Shown piece after piece: positions 1 to 11,308 of a stretch of 64,000 bases of DNA. Every line of letters starts with the position of its first letter. Within the stretch, counting starts at the first letter, position 1. The notes under the pieces were generated by a model that worked only from the letters and a program-made list of their open reading frames with translations, ran no database searches and was not told the origin of the DNA. The stretch covers positions 105,588,001 to 105,652,000 of the forward strand of contig NW_024704742.1 of the NCBI RefSeq assembly GCF_018977255.1, written 5' to 3'. Source of the stretch: Callorhinchus milii. Its lineage: Eukaryota. Made by a program: the position numbers and the translations under genes.

Positions 1-920
1 CAACGTGTTGGGGAGTAACCACTCGTACCCATGTCACACCAACAACATTTCTGCCGTTTCCAATTGCCACAATGACCATCTATTGCTAAATTTTGACTGA
101 CTTGATTTAAACTTACTGAGCAGAAAATCAATTGCAACTTGTACAGCATTGTAAAACTTGCTTCCATTGTTCCACAATTGTTTAGTGACCTGCCTCTTAT
201 TGTACATAGTTAGTGTTTTAACATGATCGGCATCTTCCAAATCTCTGTATGTTGGTCTGGGTGGGGTGTAACCCATGGTTTTAAATGGAGAAATTGGTAA
301 TGGATGAGTTAGGTATGTGTTGGGTTTCCCAAAGCCATTCCTGATGTTGAGCTGCAAAGCCGTCTTGCGCATTCGACTTGACGATGGTGGGATTCAGTGC
401 TTGTTAGTGAGGTCGTGGCTTTTCTACCACATCAAAAAGGGTCTCCTGTGAAGCGCTTTGAGACGTCCTCCTGACGTGAAATGATCATTATTATTATTAT
501 GGTAATTGTTAGCTAAAAGCTGCACTCCACGAGCCAGTAATTGGTGTGCAAGTCAGCTTCACGGACATTATTGTCTCCAGTGATGTGGAGGGGGCGGTGG
601 GGGGCGGTGGTGAGAAGTGCCACCAGTCCTGCTCCTATTCAATGCAATTCGGTATTTACATCACATATTAGACACCCTATGGTCACTTCCCCTCTCTCCT
701 TGGCTCAGCATCAAGCTCCTCTATTGTTACGCATTTTGAGACGCTACCCATGTAAAGGCCGCTATATAACTTCAAGTTTTTGTTACGACAGCACTTTACT
801 TGCTGCTCTGTACTGGTGCTCAGTTGGAGCCTGCAGCCAGCCCTGATGCCATTGCAAACCGTGTTTAATAGTGAGCAAGCGGCTATGTGCAGCATTGAAT
901 AGCTTTTCCAGGCCCAGCCT

Positions 921-1050
921 CACAGCTCTGAGGAAGGGTCACACCCAAAGTGTTAACCTCGTCTTCAAGTGCCGATCGACCTACTACATCCTATAGCAGC
1001 GTTTTCTATTTTTATTTCAGATTTCCAACCTTCGCAGTTTTGTCTTTTTA
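921..1050 (+). mobile_element. Penelope-like element terminal relic with degenerate hammerhead-like motif
   Basis: CTGAGGA-A-GGGT-cac-ACCC-AAAGTGTTAAC followed by tttcagatttccaaccttcgcagttttgt; homologous to 36165-36305. Confidence 0.55.
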
Positions 1051-1959
1051 TCTCAGCAAAATCAATCCACATTGACGTAGTCAAAGAGATGAAAACAGCC
1101 GAGTGCTGAGTGTTAATGCTGTCGGAGGTTTGGGGTAAACTGCCTCTGCGAGTCAGCACGTGTTGCCATTTAACCTCCTGCTCCTTCATGCAATTCCACA
1201 GTCAATTTAGTTTTTTTTGTAAGATTTATTATGGCTTAACTGAGCTTGTTGGGCTTCTGAGTTTAGGTGAGGCTTTAGAGCACACCAAGGGACTTCATGA
1301 TTTGACACAATCCTGCTGACTGGCCTGACTGCTTTCCATGTATTTCCTCTCTTCTTAAAATGGGTGCTCCCTGTGTCTGCAGGACACCATCTGGTTGGAA
1401 ACTCAAGCTTCAAATGCAGAGAACACAGATGTTTCATTGCTTTATATTTGGCTTAAGTCCCAGTAAATTTCTAACATACACAAGACTCCTCTAGTCGGGA
1501 GACCATGCCTCGTCAGGCTGTTTTAGTTAAAGAGCTGGGATTTCTGGGATCATAAACTAAATGGTACATGGGTAGCATGGTACTTGTCCAACTAGTTACA
1601 CCTTACCCTACCGTTAGAGCTACGGTTCACAGGGTTGAGGAGATGTCTAGACCTCCAAGTCTCATTGATGAGCCAGACAGGCTGGTTAACCACCATTAAT
1701 GCCTTAGATTACTGCTGCTCATATGTTCAAGTCTGAATCTGTCCGGATCGAATTTGGTTCTTTCATTTGTTCTCCTTGGCACCTTTCCATACAATCCGCA
1801 AGGAACGTCATTGTTACTCCTGGTGTTTATTGCTGTCACTATGGTACTTTTCATGAAATCATCAGGCCACAGTAAAGATAAACTTATGTCACAGAAGGTA
1901 CAGAAAAGAGCAGTGAAGAAAGATTAAAGTAATGTAAACTTGAAAGACTGGAACCTAGA

Positions 1960-2260
1960 CAGCAGAGGTGGAACCTCAACAAGGTTTATAAAATATTAAT
2001 ACAGATAGGGCAAACCCAGACAGTTACTTCAAGTCAAGGTATGAAGTAAGACTAGAAGTTGGATATAACTGGAAATAGTGGAAAGTATATTTGGAGCAGA
2101 TTTCAGGCAAAACTTCTTTACTTTCAGTTATAAATGTTTAGAACAATCTACCAAGCACGATGATGGATAAAATAGTTGGCTTATTGAAAGTAAAATTTCA
2201 TTGCCACAACAGAAGAGTGGATGTATTGTAGCCTATCACCCACCCTTTTTTATATTCCTA
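1960..2260 (+). mobile_element. Old CR1 LINE 3' fragment
   Basis: Degenerate similarity to the CR1 ORF2 end and 3'UTR (aaggtttataaaatatt...aaacttctttact...atattcctatg). Confidence 0.55.
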
Positions 2261-2489
2261 TGGAATTCTACTACGTACAAATGTGAATGTGATCAATGGC
2301 TGCAAACTATGTCTCATACTGTAAGGATGAACCCATGGTTTGCATTGATAAGTATCAGATGTGTGCTTTAGGCATGTGCGCATCCCAAATTGAAGCTGAC
2401 TGCCCCATTTGCCTCTAGCTTACAGTTTAAGGCTTACAAACTGTATTGGCCAGTGATAATTATCACTTTGTTGTTCCTTTCCTCAAATT

Positions 2490-2758
2490 GTGGAGTCCTG
2501 TAGCTCAGTGGTTAGAGCACTCGCCTTGCGAGCGAGACACCTGGGTTCAATTCCAGGCAGGACGAAACAATAATAAATTGGTCATTTTCAATCCACAACT
2601 GTTTGTGGGACACTGCTGTGCGCAATTGGCTGCCGCATTTCGCCCAGAAATATACAGTCAATTCACTTTACAGTATATTCTGTGAAGCGCTTTGAGATGT
2701 CTCGAAGACATGATAAGGCACTATACCAAATGCAAGGATTATTATTATTTATTATTAT
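2490..2758 (+). mobile_element. Young tRNA-derived SINE, internally deleted
   Basis: Head GTGGAGTCCTGTAGCTCAGTGGTTAGAGCAC with A and B boxes; 3' end CAAATGCAAGG(ATT)n. Confidence 0.9.
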
Positions 2759-2867
2759 GAAGCAGAAACTCATGTAAGTGGTCAAACAAAACCATTTTTT
2801 CATGTAAGGTGCTTCTGAAACTGGGCATGACTTTTGCACATCATGATTTCTTACTATATTTCTTACT

Positions 2868-3106
2868 CAATAATAATCCCTCTAAAACAAAAAACAATAA
2901 TAAAATTGGTCATTTTCTATCCACGACTGTCTGTGGGACACCGCAAATGGCTGCCGCGTTTCGCCCACAAATATACTGTCAATTCACTTTACAGCATATT
3001 CTGTGAAGCGCTTTGAGACATCTGGAAGACATGAAAAGCGATATATCAAATGCAAGGATTATTATTATTATATTATTATATCAAATGCAAGGATTATTAT
3101 TATTAT
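2868..3106 (+). mobile_element. Same SINE, 3' half, with tandemly duplicated terminal segment
   Basis: Body matches other copies; TATCAAATGCAAGGATTATTATTATTA occurs twice. Confidence 0.85.
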
Positions 3107-3949
3107 AAATATTCATTCCGCCTACCAGCAGTCAAACAGCATGAACCACGAGCCGAGAATGAAACATGACATCCCCCTTCACAGCAGTGAACAAGGAGAA
3201 TTTTGCATCCACCCTCTACACATTTGGGTAATTCTTATCCCATAATTAAAGAATCTCTATGTTTAGATGAGAAGTTGGACCGCCACTGTCTCACGAGATG
3301 GGGCTGAAGGCCATTCTCTGACGTTCATAATTCAGACAACGGCACTCTACCTAGTCTCACTCATAGAGACCAAAGCGAATCTTCATATGCACTCTGCTGA
3401 TGCTCCTCACATTGTTCAGTTGCTGCTTTCCCACAACACGGCAAGACTCGCTTTTTTCAGCAAACACTAATGCCTTTGCCCTATTTGTCTCACTCACTGC
3501 TGGCTGCTTCTTCACTCTCTGTCTAAGTGCCACTGACTGGAGCTGGTTTCATTAAGTCAATTTCTTACCATCAGTGCACTTCATTTGATACCTTGTTCAA
3601 GCAAATTGCCTTGGCCATCTTTCTCTTCTCCTTTGTGTGAGTCTCCGGCACTCACTACCATGTGCATTTACTATCTTTTTTCCATCCTTTCTCCTCCTCA
3701 CAAAGCTTTATAATGCAGCAATGGACATAGTGAGCCAGGCATTCGTTCCATTATCTCAGCCTTGCTCTTTCATCCTCTTGCGCTTTTAGGTCAGTCAATT
3801 GACTTGGGAGTAGATGATTCAAGATTCAGATCCCACCGGTTCTCACTTAGAGTTGATAAAATGGGTACTATGGGGTGAAAAACACAATTTTCAATGCTTG
3901 TTTTTGATCATCAGGCATCCATAAAAGAGTCAAACTTTACAGAATAGGA

Positions 3950-4341
3950 GGCCTCTCCAACATGCAGCAGATAAACATCCTTGTGCTTACTTTTAAATTG
4001 CTTTATAGTCTTGCCCCATACCTCTGCGACCTACTCAAATCTAACCACTCCCTTCGCTTGGCAGGCAGCATCCCCATCACCCTGCCCACCCCCCACCATC
4101 GGGCTTTCAGCTTATATGCCCCCACAATCTGGAACTCCATCCCGGAATCCCTATATCTCGTCCCTTCTCTTGCCTTCTTCAAGGTCCATCTCAAGACCTT
4201 CCTCTTTAACAGTGCCTTTGGTCATCTTTCTCCACCACCCCTCCTCTCTTGCAGCTTGGATTCAAACCCATGACTATTCAGTGCCTTGGGATATCCTCAC
4301 AATATGAAAGGCGTTATATAAATGTAAATTTGTTGTTGTTG
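3950..4341 (+). mobile_element. L2 LINE 3' fragment
   Basis: ORF remnant RAFSLYAPTIWNSIP..FKVHLKTFLF; (GTT)n tail. Confidence 0.85.
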
Positions 4342-4859
4342 AAAGAGGTATCCGTTTAATTCCACTCTTCTGCCCTTTCACCGAAGACATGTCCATATCC
4401 CTTTCCAAGCTGTTCCTCAGTTTCTAACTGCTTGGGTCAAGTGGTGGTGTCTAAAACTCATGGGGTTCACAGGATTTCAGGCCGGTTCATGAAGCATCGT
4501 CTTAACTCTGCTTTAATTGCTGTTATTCTGCAAACTGTGATCCGTAAAGTGGAATCAAAGGTTCAGTGGTTGTCACAAAGAGCTTTGCACCCAACCATTT
4601 TCACAATGTCAGGGTGCAAATATACAACAAGATCAAATCATATTGGATCCTCCTAAATTGTGTGAGATATTGAATGGGTGAAGGTTATTAATAGATTTGG
4701 AGAATAGGTGGGGAAATGGGATTAAAAGATTAATGTATTAGATGGCTGAGCAGATTCGACTGTCTGAATGGCCTCTTGTTCCTGTGCTTCTGTGTAATAT
4801 ACTGTAGAACTTTTGAGGTTGCCTGTATCTGAGCTTGTACCCTCGTCGTCTTCCTCTGG

Positions 4860-5041
4860 ATTTGGTCACTCAATCCAAGACTATTTTGTGGGACACTGCT
4901 GTCCGCAATTGGCTGCCACATTTTGCCCACAAAATACACAGTCAATTCACTTCACAGTATATTCTGTGAAGCTATTTGAGATGTCTTAATGATGTGACTA
5001 GGCACTATGTCAAATATAAGGATTATAATTCTTCTTATTAT
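4860..5041 (+). mobile_element. SINE 3' half
   Basis: Matches the SINE body (gtgggacactgctgt..caattggctgcc..cagtcaattcac). Confidence 0.8.
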
Positions 5042-5456
5042 TTCAGTGCAGCTATTTTATTCTGGCGCTCTCAGTCGCAGGGAGTGGCTACAAGTGAGTA
5101 ATTGACTCGTGGAGCTGTGATGGCTGAATAAACGGGAGCCTGAACCTTGGGCAGTTTACAGCCTTCGACTGAACCCACGAGATGAGGCAACCTCTGTGAA
5201 ATGGCTGTGTGATATACTGATTCTGCTCTGTCTGGGGCTAAGGCATTCTTTAGTCTGCAGTGACTAAGGTCATTGAGTCCAGCAATACTAACTAACTTGT
5301 AATCTCAGTGTCAGCCCTACGATTTTATCCAGATGTTACTTGTAGCTTGTTACCTGGAGACCGTGTGGGCAGTTTGTGCAGTATTCATACAATTCCCGTT
5401 CATGACGTAGTAAAGGAATTATTTAAGTGAAAGGCATTTTACAGGCAGCTGACAAT

Positions 5457-5737
5457 ATAATAATAATAATCATCCTTGCATTTGATATAGCGCTTTTCAC
5501 GTCTTCTAGATGTCTCAAAGCGCTTTACAGAATAAACTGTAAAATACTTGTGGGCGAAACGTGGCGGCTAAGTGCGCGCCACATTTGAAATGACCAATTC
5601 ATTATTGTTTTCTTTTCTTGAGGGATTATTATCAGGTGTGTGGAGTAAGGAAACTTGCCCAAGGTTTTGCCCTGCTCGGATTCAAACCCAGGTCTCTCGC
5701 TTGTGAGGCGAGTGCTCTAACCACTGAGCTACAGGAC
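5457..5737 (-). mobile_element. Young tRNA-derived SINE, near full length
   Basis: Reverse complement of head (ctctaaccactgagctacaggac) and of the (ATT)n tail. Confidence 0.9.
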
Positions 5738-5904
5738 CTGTTGGGGAATATTGGTGACACAAACTTTTGAAATAAATCGACTCTTTAATGCTTATTTCAG
5801 AGGTATTGTAAGTGTTGGAATTTCTTTCTACTTGTGAACGTGTATTAATTAACACGTGAACATATATTAATCATGACAAAAAACTGAGAAAGAGATTCTA
5901 TTCA

Positions 5905-6199
5905 GTCTAGGCTGACACTCCAGTGCAGTGCTGGGGGTGTGCTGCAGTGCCAGAAGTGCCGTCCTTCAGATGAGATGTTAAGTTAGGTTCTGTCTGCTTG
6001 TTCTTGATATTAAAGATCCCATGGTCCTATTTGAAAAGAGATGGGAGTGTCTTCCGGTGTTCTGGCCACATTCCTCCAAATAAATTGGTTATTCACTTCA
6101 CGACTGTTTGTGGGGCACTGCTGTGTGAAAATTGGTTATCGTGCTTGCCTAATGCGTTTTGAGACTTTTGAACACTATATCAAATGCAAGGATTACTAT
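5905..6199 (+). mobile_element. Older Deu-type SINE (SacSINE1-like), headless
   Basis: tctaggctgacactccagtgcagtgctg..gtgccgtccttcagatgagatgttaa..aaagatcccatgg core. Confidence 0.75.
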
Positions 6200-6607
6200 A
6201 AGGAACATCTATTTGCTATATATCTTTTTCTGATTTTTACCTCTCCCATGATTTTTACCTCTCCCATGAAGGCATAGTTCAAGCTGAGGTACTGTGCCAC
6301 CCAGGCCCCTTCTGATACCTCATCTTAGCATTTATGTGTGTTCTTGTACAGTGAGTGCTTTTTGGCGATGGTGGTCAACTCAGCTCAACCCTTTTTTCAA
6401 ACACCTGTGATTATCCAGCAAATCAGAAGCCAATTGTAATGCCCCAACCATTGCTCAACTCAGAATGGGACCTGCAACCTTGTGATCTGTGAAGCATGGT
6501 ACTACATGTGGCTTTGTGTAGCAGATCATCAGAATTTGGGATAAACGACTTATTTGAAGGAAATTTACAAATGGGCGTAGTGCAAAGTTTCGATACTCCA
6601 CCAGATA

Positions 6608-6937
6608 GTGGAGTCCTGTAGCTCAGTGGTTAGAGCACTCACTTTGCAAGCGAGAGACCCGAGTTCAATTCCAGGCAGGGCGAAACCTTGGGGAAGTTTC
6701 CTTACTCCACACGCCTAATAATAATCCCTCCAAAAAAAACCAAAAAAAAACAATAATTAAATTGGTCATTTTTCAATCTACGACTGTTTGTGGGACATTG
6801 CTGTGCGCAATTGGCTGCCGCGTTCACCCACAAATATACAGTCAATTCACTTTACAGTGTGTTCTGTGAAGCGCTTTGGGACGTCCTCCCGACGTGAAAA
6901 GCGCTATATCAAATGCAAGGATTATTATTATTATTAT
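6608..6937 (+). mobile_element. Young tRNA-derived SINE, full length
   Basis: tRNA-like head with anticodon loop TTTGCAA, body, 3' hairpin and (ATT)n tail. Confidence 0.93.
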
Positions 6938-8020
6938 AGTGGCAGGCTGGGCGTGACAGCTGCAATCCTGCACCCATGGAGATACAGGCCTCGCCTAGGG
7001 CCTAGTGGAGAGGCAAAAAACAGAGACATTTCCCTGCAGTGAGAGGTACGTCACTATGGAATCAGGGATGGGAATAGTCTGTTGGCTCAGCTCTCTAAAT
7101 AAAGGTGAAAAAAGCACAGACCCCAATAACAAATTACAGTGATTCAGAGGCAGCAAAGCACAGGCTTTTAATAACCATTGCAATCTGAGTTTGCTTTCTG
7201 CTATGTGCAGTGGAAAGTCTGATCCAGCAGACTGCTACAAGTTATACCAATTTCTTCCATTGCTTGGAAATGCAGGTGAGCACATCTTCAGTGCGTGGGC
7301 AGCACGAGCAAATAGGAACAGAGAGGGAAGGAGCCTGGCTGCACTTTGCAATGTCCCAGTCACAGCACTGGGGCATTTTGCTGCCTGTCTGTTATGGATT
7401 GAAGCACAGAGCACATGGCATATTTTTATCATTTGTTTTCTTGGCCCCAGTTCAGAGGTTTGTGAAGGCTTTGAAAGCAATTTCCAGTCACACAGGTCCC
7501 CTGGAGTGAGTCACAGAATCAATTAGCTGTAAGAGAATCCAGCTTTCCTTTGATTTTTAACCTCCCCCACCCACCCGTCAATTGTATTTCCTTGTCTTTG
7601 GGTCTTATTTCCACACTACCTAGTTCATCTGTAAAGAGAGGGCAACCTTTCCATCAGCTGCTAACATCATCTTGGCCAACGTTAATGTTGAGATTGTATT
7701 TCAAATGTGATGTTTGAAGATTGGTCCCCGACCTGTCTGACATGTGGAGTGAGAAACGGTGATTTAAGAAACAAAAATTCCCCATACATCGATAAATTGC
7801 TCAACATAAGTTTTTTATAAATACAGCTATTTCTCAGACCAAACTGTTTGATGCAGAGATGCTGACCTAATTCAAACGTGAGAACTTACGCTACCATTGT
7901 GCCAAGTCAAGGGAAGGAGCAGGGGTGGTGGGGGGGGTCATTTTGTTTATCAAATGGTTTGACTGCAATTTTCAGTGATGTGCATCATGCAACAAATTTT
8001 TCACCTACAGATTCAGTCAC

Positions 8021-8224
8021 TATAATAATAATAATAATCCTTGCATTTGATATAGCGCTTTTCACGTCGGGAGGACGTCCCAAAGCGCTTCACAGGACAC
8101 ACTGAAGTGAATTGACTGTATATTTGTGTATCTCTATACTTTATACAGTCAATCCTGCAAATGCTTTGAGATTTCCTCCCAATTTGAAAGGCGCTACATC
8201 AAATGCAAGAATTATTATTATTAT
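8021..8224. mobile_element. Two abutting SINE 3' fragments in opposite orientation (8021-8128 minus; ~8130-8224 plus)
   Basis: (TAA)n-ccttgcatttgatatagcg on the left; catcaaatgcaaga(ATT)n on the right. Confidence 0.75.
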
Positions 8225-10587
8225 TTTCACACAAATAGACCATTGTTAAACTCGATGGTGACAACAGCAGCAATGTGGGTTCACTCCCTCTCACAGAAAT
8301 CTTTTACAGCATATTTTTTAGAAAACCATAGAAAATTTACAGCACGGCCATTCAGCCCAATGAGTCTTTGGTTTGATTGATCAGGGGAGGGGGCAAGTTT
8401 AGATGGGCGAAGGGATGTTTAGTTCTGGGGGAGAGGAGGTGCACACAAGATTTATGGAGTACCGATCAAATTTTAAAGCATGGTAGGAGGGAGACTCGAG
8501 TGGGTGAGAAGGAGAGAGCTGAACTATTGTAAACTGTACCTGTCTGCTACTCTAACCTCTCCTCTCGGCGGGAGCTCATTTAAGTGTGTGGTGTGTTTGT
8601 AGTCCATCACATCCTCCCCGGTACACCACCCCAAAGGTTGTGTGTGAAAGACTGTTCTTTTTAACAATTGCAAGAAAGCAACTTCCAAATTTCCGAATTT
8701 TCTACAGTGTGACACAACCTTAAATTTTGAGACAAAATAATTTTATAGGTTTGGATTCAGCAGAAATACAGAGCCTTAATGCTTGACTCAGGGAATCATG
8801 ATGGGGTGATTCAGGAAGAGGAGGCCAGGTCCAGTCATTGTTCTTGTGGAACAAAATGCGACTGGGACTGAGCTACCCTGCTTGTTTAACCCTTAGCGAA
8901 CCGTGATACCTTCACACTGTGCAATAACAAGAGATAAACAAATGCTGAATATCTTTCCAGAATAGACCCTCCCTGCACTGCTCATCAAAAAAATACAATC
9001 AGTATGTGAGCTTTTGTTAGTTTTTAAGTCTGTATTGTAAGATAGGCTTTGTTCTGCAGTCATTTGTCTCATTTTATTGTTGGAGTATAAAAACAAAGTT
9101 GTACCTATTATTGATGAAGATGTTGTGAAATGCGCTAGAATGTATTTTCACCGTGAACTTGAATTTTCTCTAGCTCGCTGGAACCTACTGAGCTATGCTT
9201 TTTCCTGTAAATTGTTGGGAATAACAATGCTTTGCTTTCTGAGTTTGATACCTGATTTGTCGCTTTATGAGGACTGCTGGATGGTAGAATTAGTGATGGT
9301 TTTGAGGTAAGATGCATTTTCTCAAGCAATTTATTTTTTAAATATGTTTTTTCTTCTCCATTTTGTTCCTTTACTGGAATCGGTTCTGTGTTAATCATCG
9401 CCTGAATAGTAACACCTCATCTAAGTGGGTCTCCTTTACTTGTGAGCTTTTAACCAGTAATAATGCCAAGTGTTAAACTATTGGAGGAGGAAGAGTGGAT
9501 GGCACGTAGCAGCATCTCATTGACTTTTGTTTTGCACGGATAATGAGCCCTATGTCCCTCAGTTAATGGAGGGTCGTAAGGCATCCACACCAAGGAAGCT
9601 ACTAATTTTCGCAATAAGTATGTGTAAAACACAGTCTTACCAATTGGCATGCGAATCATGTGTTCACAGGCAAACTCTGAACCCAGCCCATGGATGATCA
9701 CAACTGCATTGTATTTTGCATGTTTGTGACGCAATCTTGACGTCCCAAGTATGTTCTTAGTGCCACAATTGCTTGGGTTCATTGCTAATTGCTCTGAGAC
9801 GCTATGTCACATGAAAAGTGCCATATATAAGTTGTTGTTTTTGTTATAGAACAAACAAGTCAATGAGCTATTTGGAGTTGTACTCTAAACAATATTACTG
9901 TTTTAACATTGACCACTTTGGCCAGAAACACACAAATCAATAGCCGTTTTGTGATAAATTTTACCACAAATTTAACCATTTTTTGACAATTTTTTTGTCG
10001 GCCAATTTCCTTCCATTTTTTGACATGAAAAATATAAATACTTGAGTTTTAATATTGTGGATTTACTTACCCACACCACTTGCTGCATTTCCAGTGGATA
10101 GGTTCCCAGGGAACAGCCTCCTGACTAGGGTTTGGCCTGTGTGTGTGGGTGGGTGGGTGGGTGTCCTGGCGAGATCTTAAACAAAAGTGGAGTGGGGGAG
10201 GAGAGGGAAAAGATAGCTGTTCAATTACAGGGTATTTTGAGCGTGGGATTAACGTTTACATAGATTGCTGTAACTGAGACCAATGTGGAACATGTTGTGA
10301 GCTGGTATCCAGCGTTCTGTATGAGCATCAATTTCATGCTGAAAATCCATTCCAACGTGACATTTTCTTCATTGGCAAAATAAAAATTTCAGTAGTTTGC
10401 TAATCCAGCCATCAAAATACACGAAAGACAACTCCGCCTATCAGGGAAATAGCAATATCAAGTTGAGCTCTGTCGTGTTAAAATGAGGCAGTTTGTCCTA
10501 TAGCTCCCTCATTCTTGGACAATATTTATCCGGCACCCAGCACAGTGCATTCTGAGTCTTTGTTTTATGAAGAAATGATAGTATTCT

Positions 10588-10910
10588 GTGGAGTCCTGTA
10601 GCTCAGTGGTTAGAGCACTCGCTTTGCAAGCGAGAGACCTGAGTTCAATTCCAGGCAGGGCGAAACCTTGGGCAAGTTTCCTTACTCCACACAGAGCCTA
10701 ATAATAATCCCTCCAAAAACAATAATAAATTGGTCATTTTCAATCTACGACTGTTTGTGGGACATTGCTGTGCGCAATTGGCTGCCGCGTTCGCCCACAA
10801 ATATACAGTCAATTCACTTTACAGTGTGTTCTGTGAAGCGCTTTGGGACGTCCTCCCGACGTGAAAAGCGCTATATCAAATGCAAGGATTATTATTATTA
10901 TTATTATTAT
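10588..10910 (+). mobile_element. Young tRNA-derived SINE, full length
   Basis: Nearly identical to 6608-6937. Confidence 0.93.
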
Positions 10911-11000
10911 ATCTGTTAACTCTTGGAACGTCAAAACTCTAGCTTTCAAATGGGAATATCGGTTGCAGAGGAAAAAAAGATTGGAAAAGTGCTCAAACAG

Positions 11001-11308
11001 AATAATCCTTGCATTTGATATAGCGCTTTCCACGTCTTCTAGATGTCCCAAAGCGCTTCACAGAATATACTGTAAAGTGAATTGACTGTATATTTGTGGG
11101 TGAACGCGGCAGCTAATTGTGCACAGCAGTGTCCCATAAACAGTCGTGGATTGAAAATCACCAATTTATTATTTTGTTTTATTTGGAGGGATTATTATTA
11201 GGCGTGTGGAGTAAGGAAACTTGCCCAAGGTATCGCCCTGCCTGGAATTGAACACAGGTCTCTCACTTGCAAAGCGAGTGCTCTAACCACTGAGCTACAG
11301 GGCTCCAC
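11001..11308 (-). mobile_element. Young tRNA-derived SINE, full length
   Basis: Reverse complement of the same family. Confidence 0.92.

Noticed and set aside
6788..7042. Recurrent ORFs ending KRYIKCKDYYYY as a peptide family
   Set aside because: They are translations of the SINE 3' end and (ATT)n tail.
9111..9191. C/D box snoRNA (TGATGA...CTGA)
   Set aside because: Imperfect C box, no terminal stem and no recognisable rRNA antisense element.
10588..10665. tRNA-Ala(TGC) gene
   Set aside because: It continues into a SINE body in every full copy and has an atypical acceptor/T arm; it is a SINE head.
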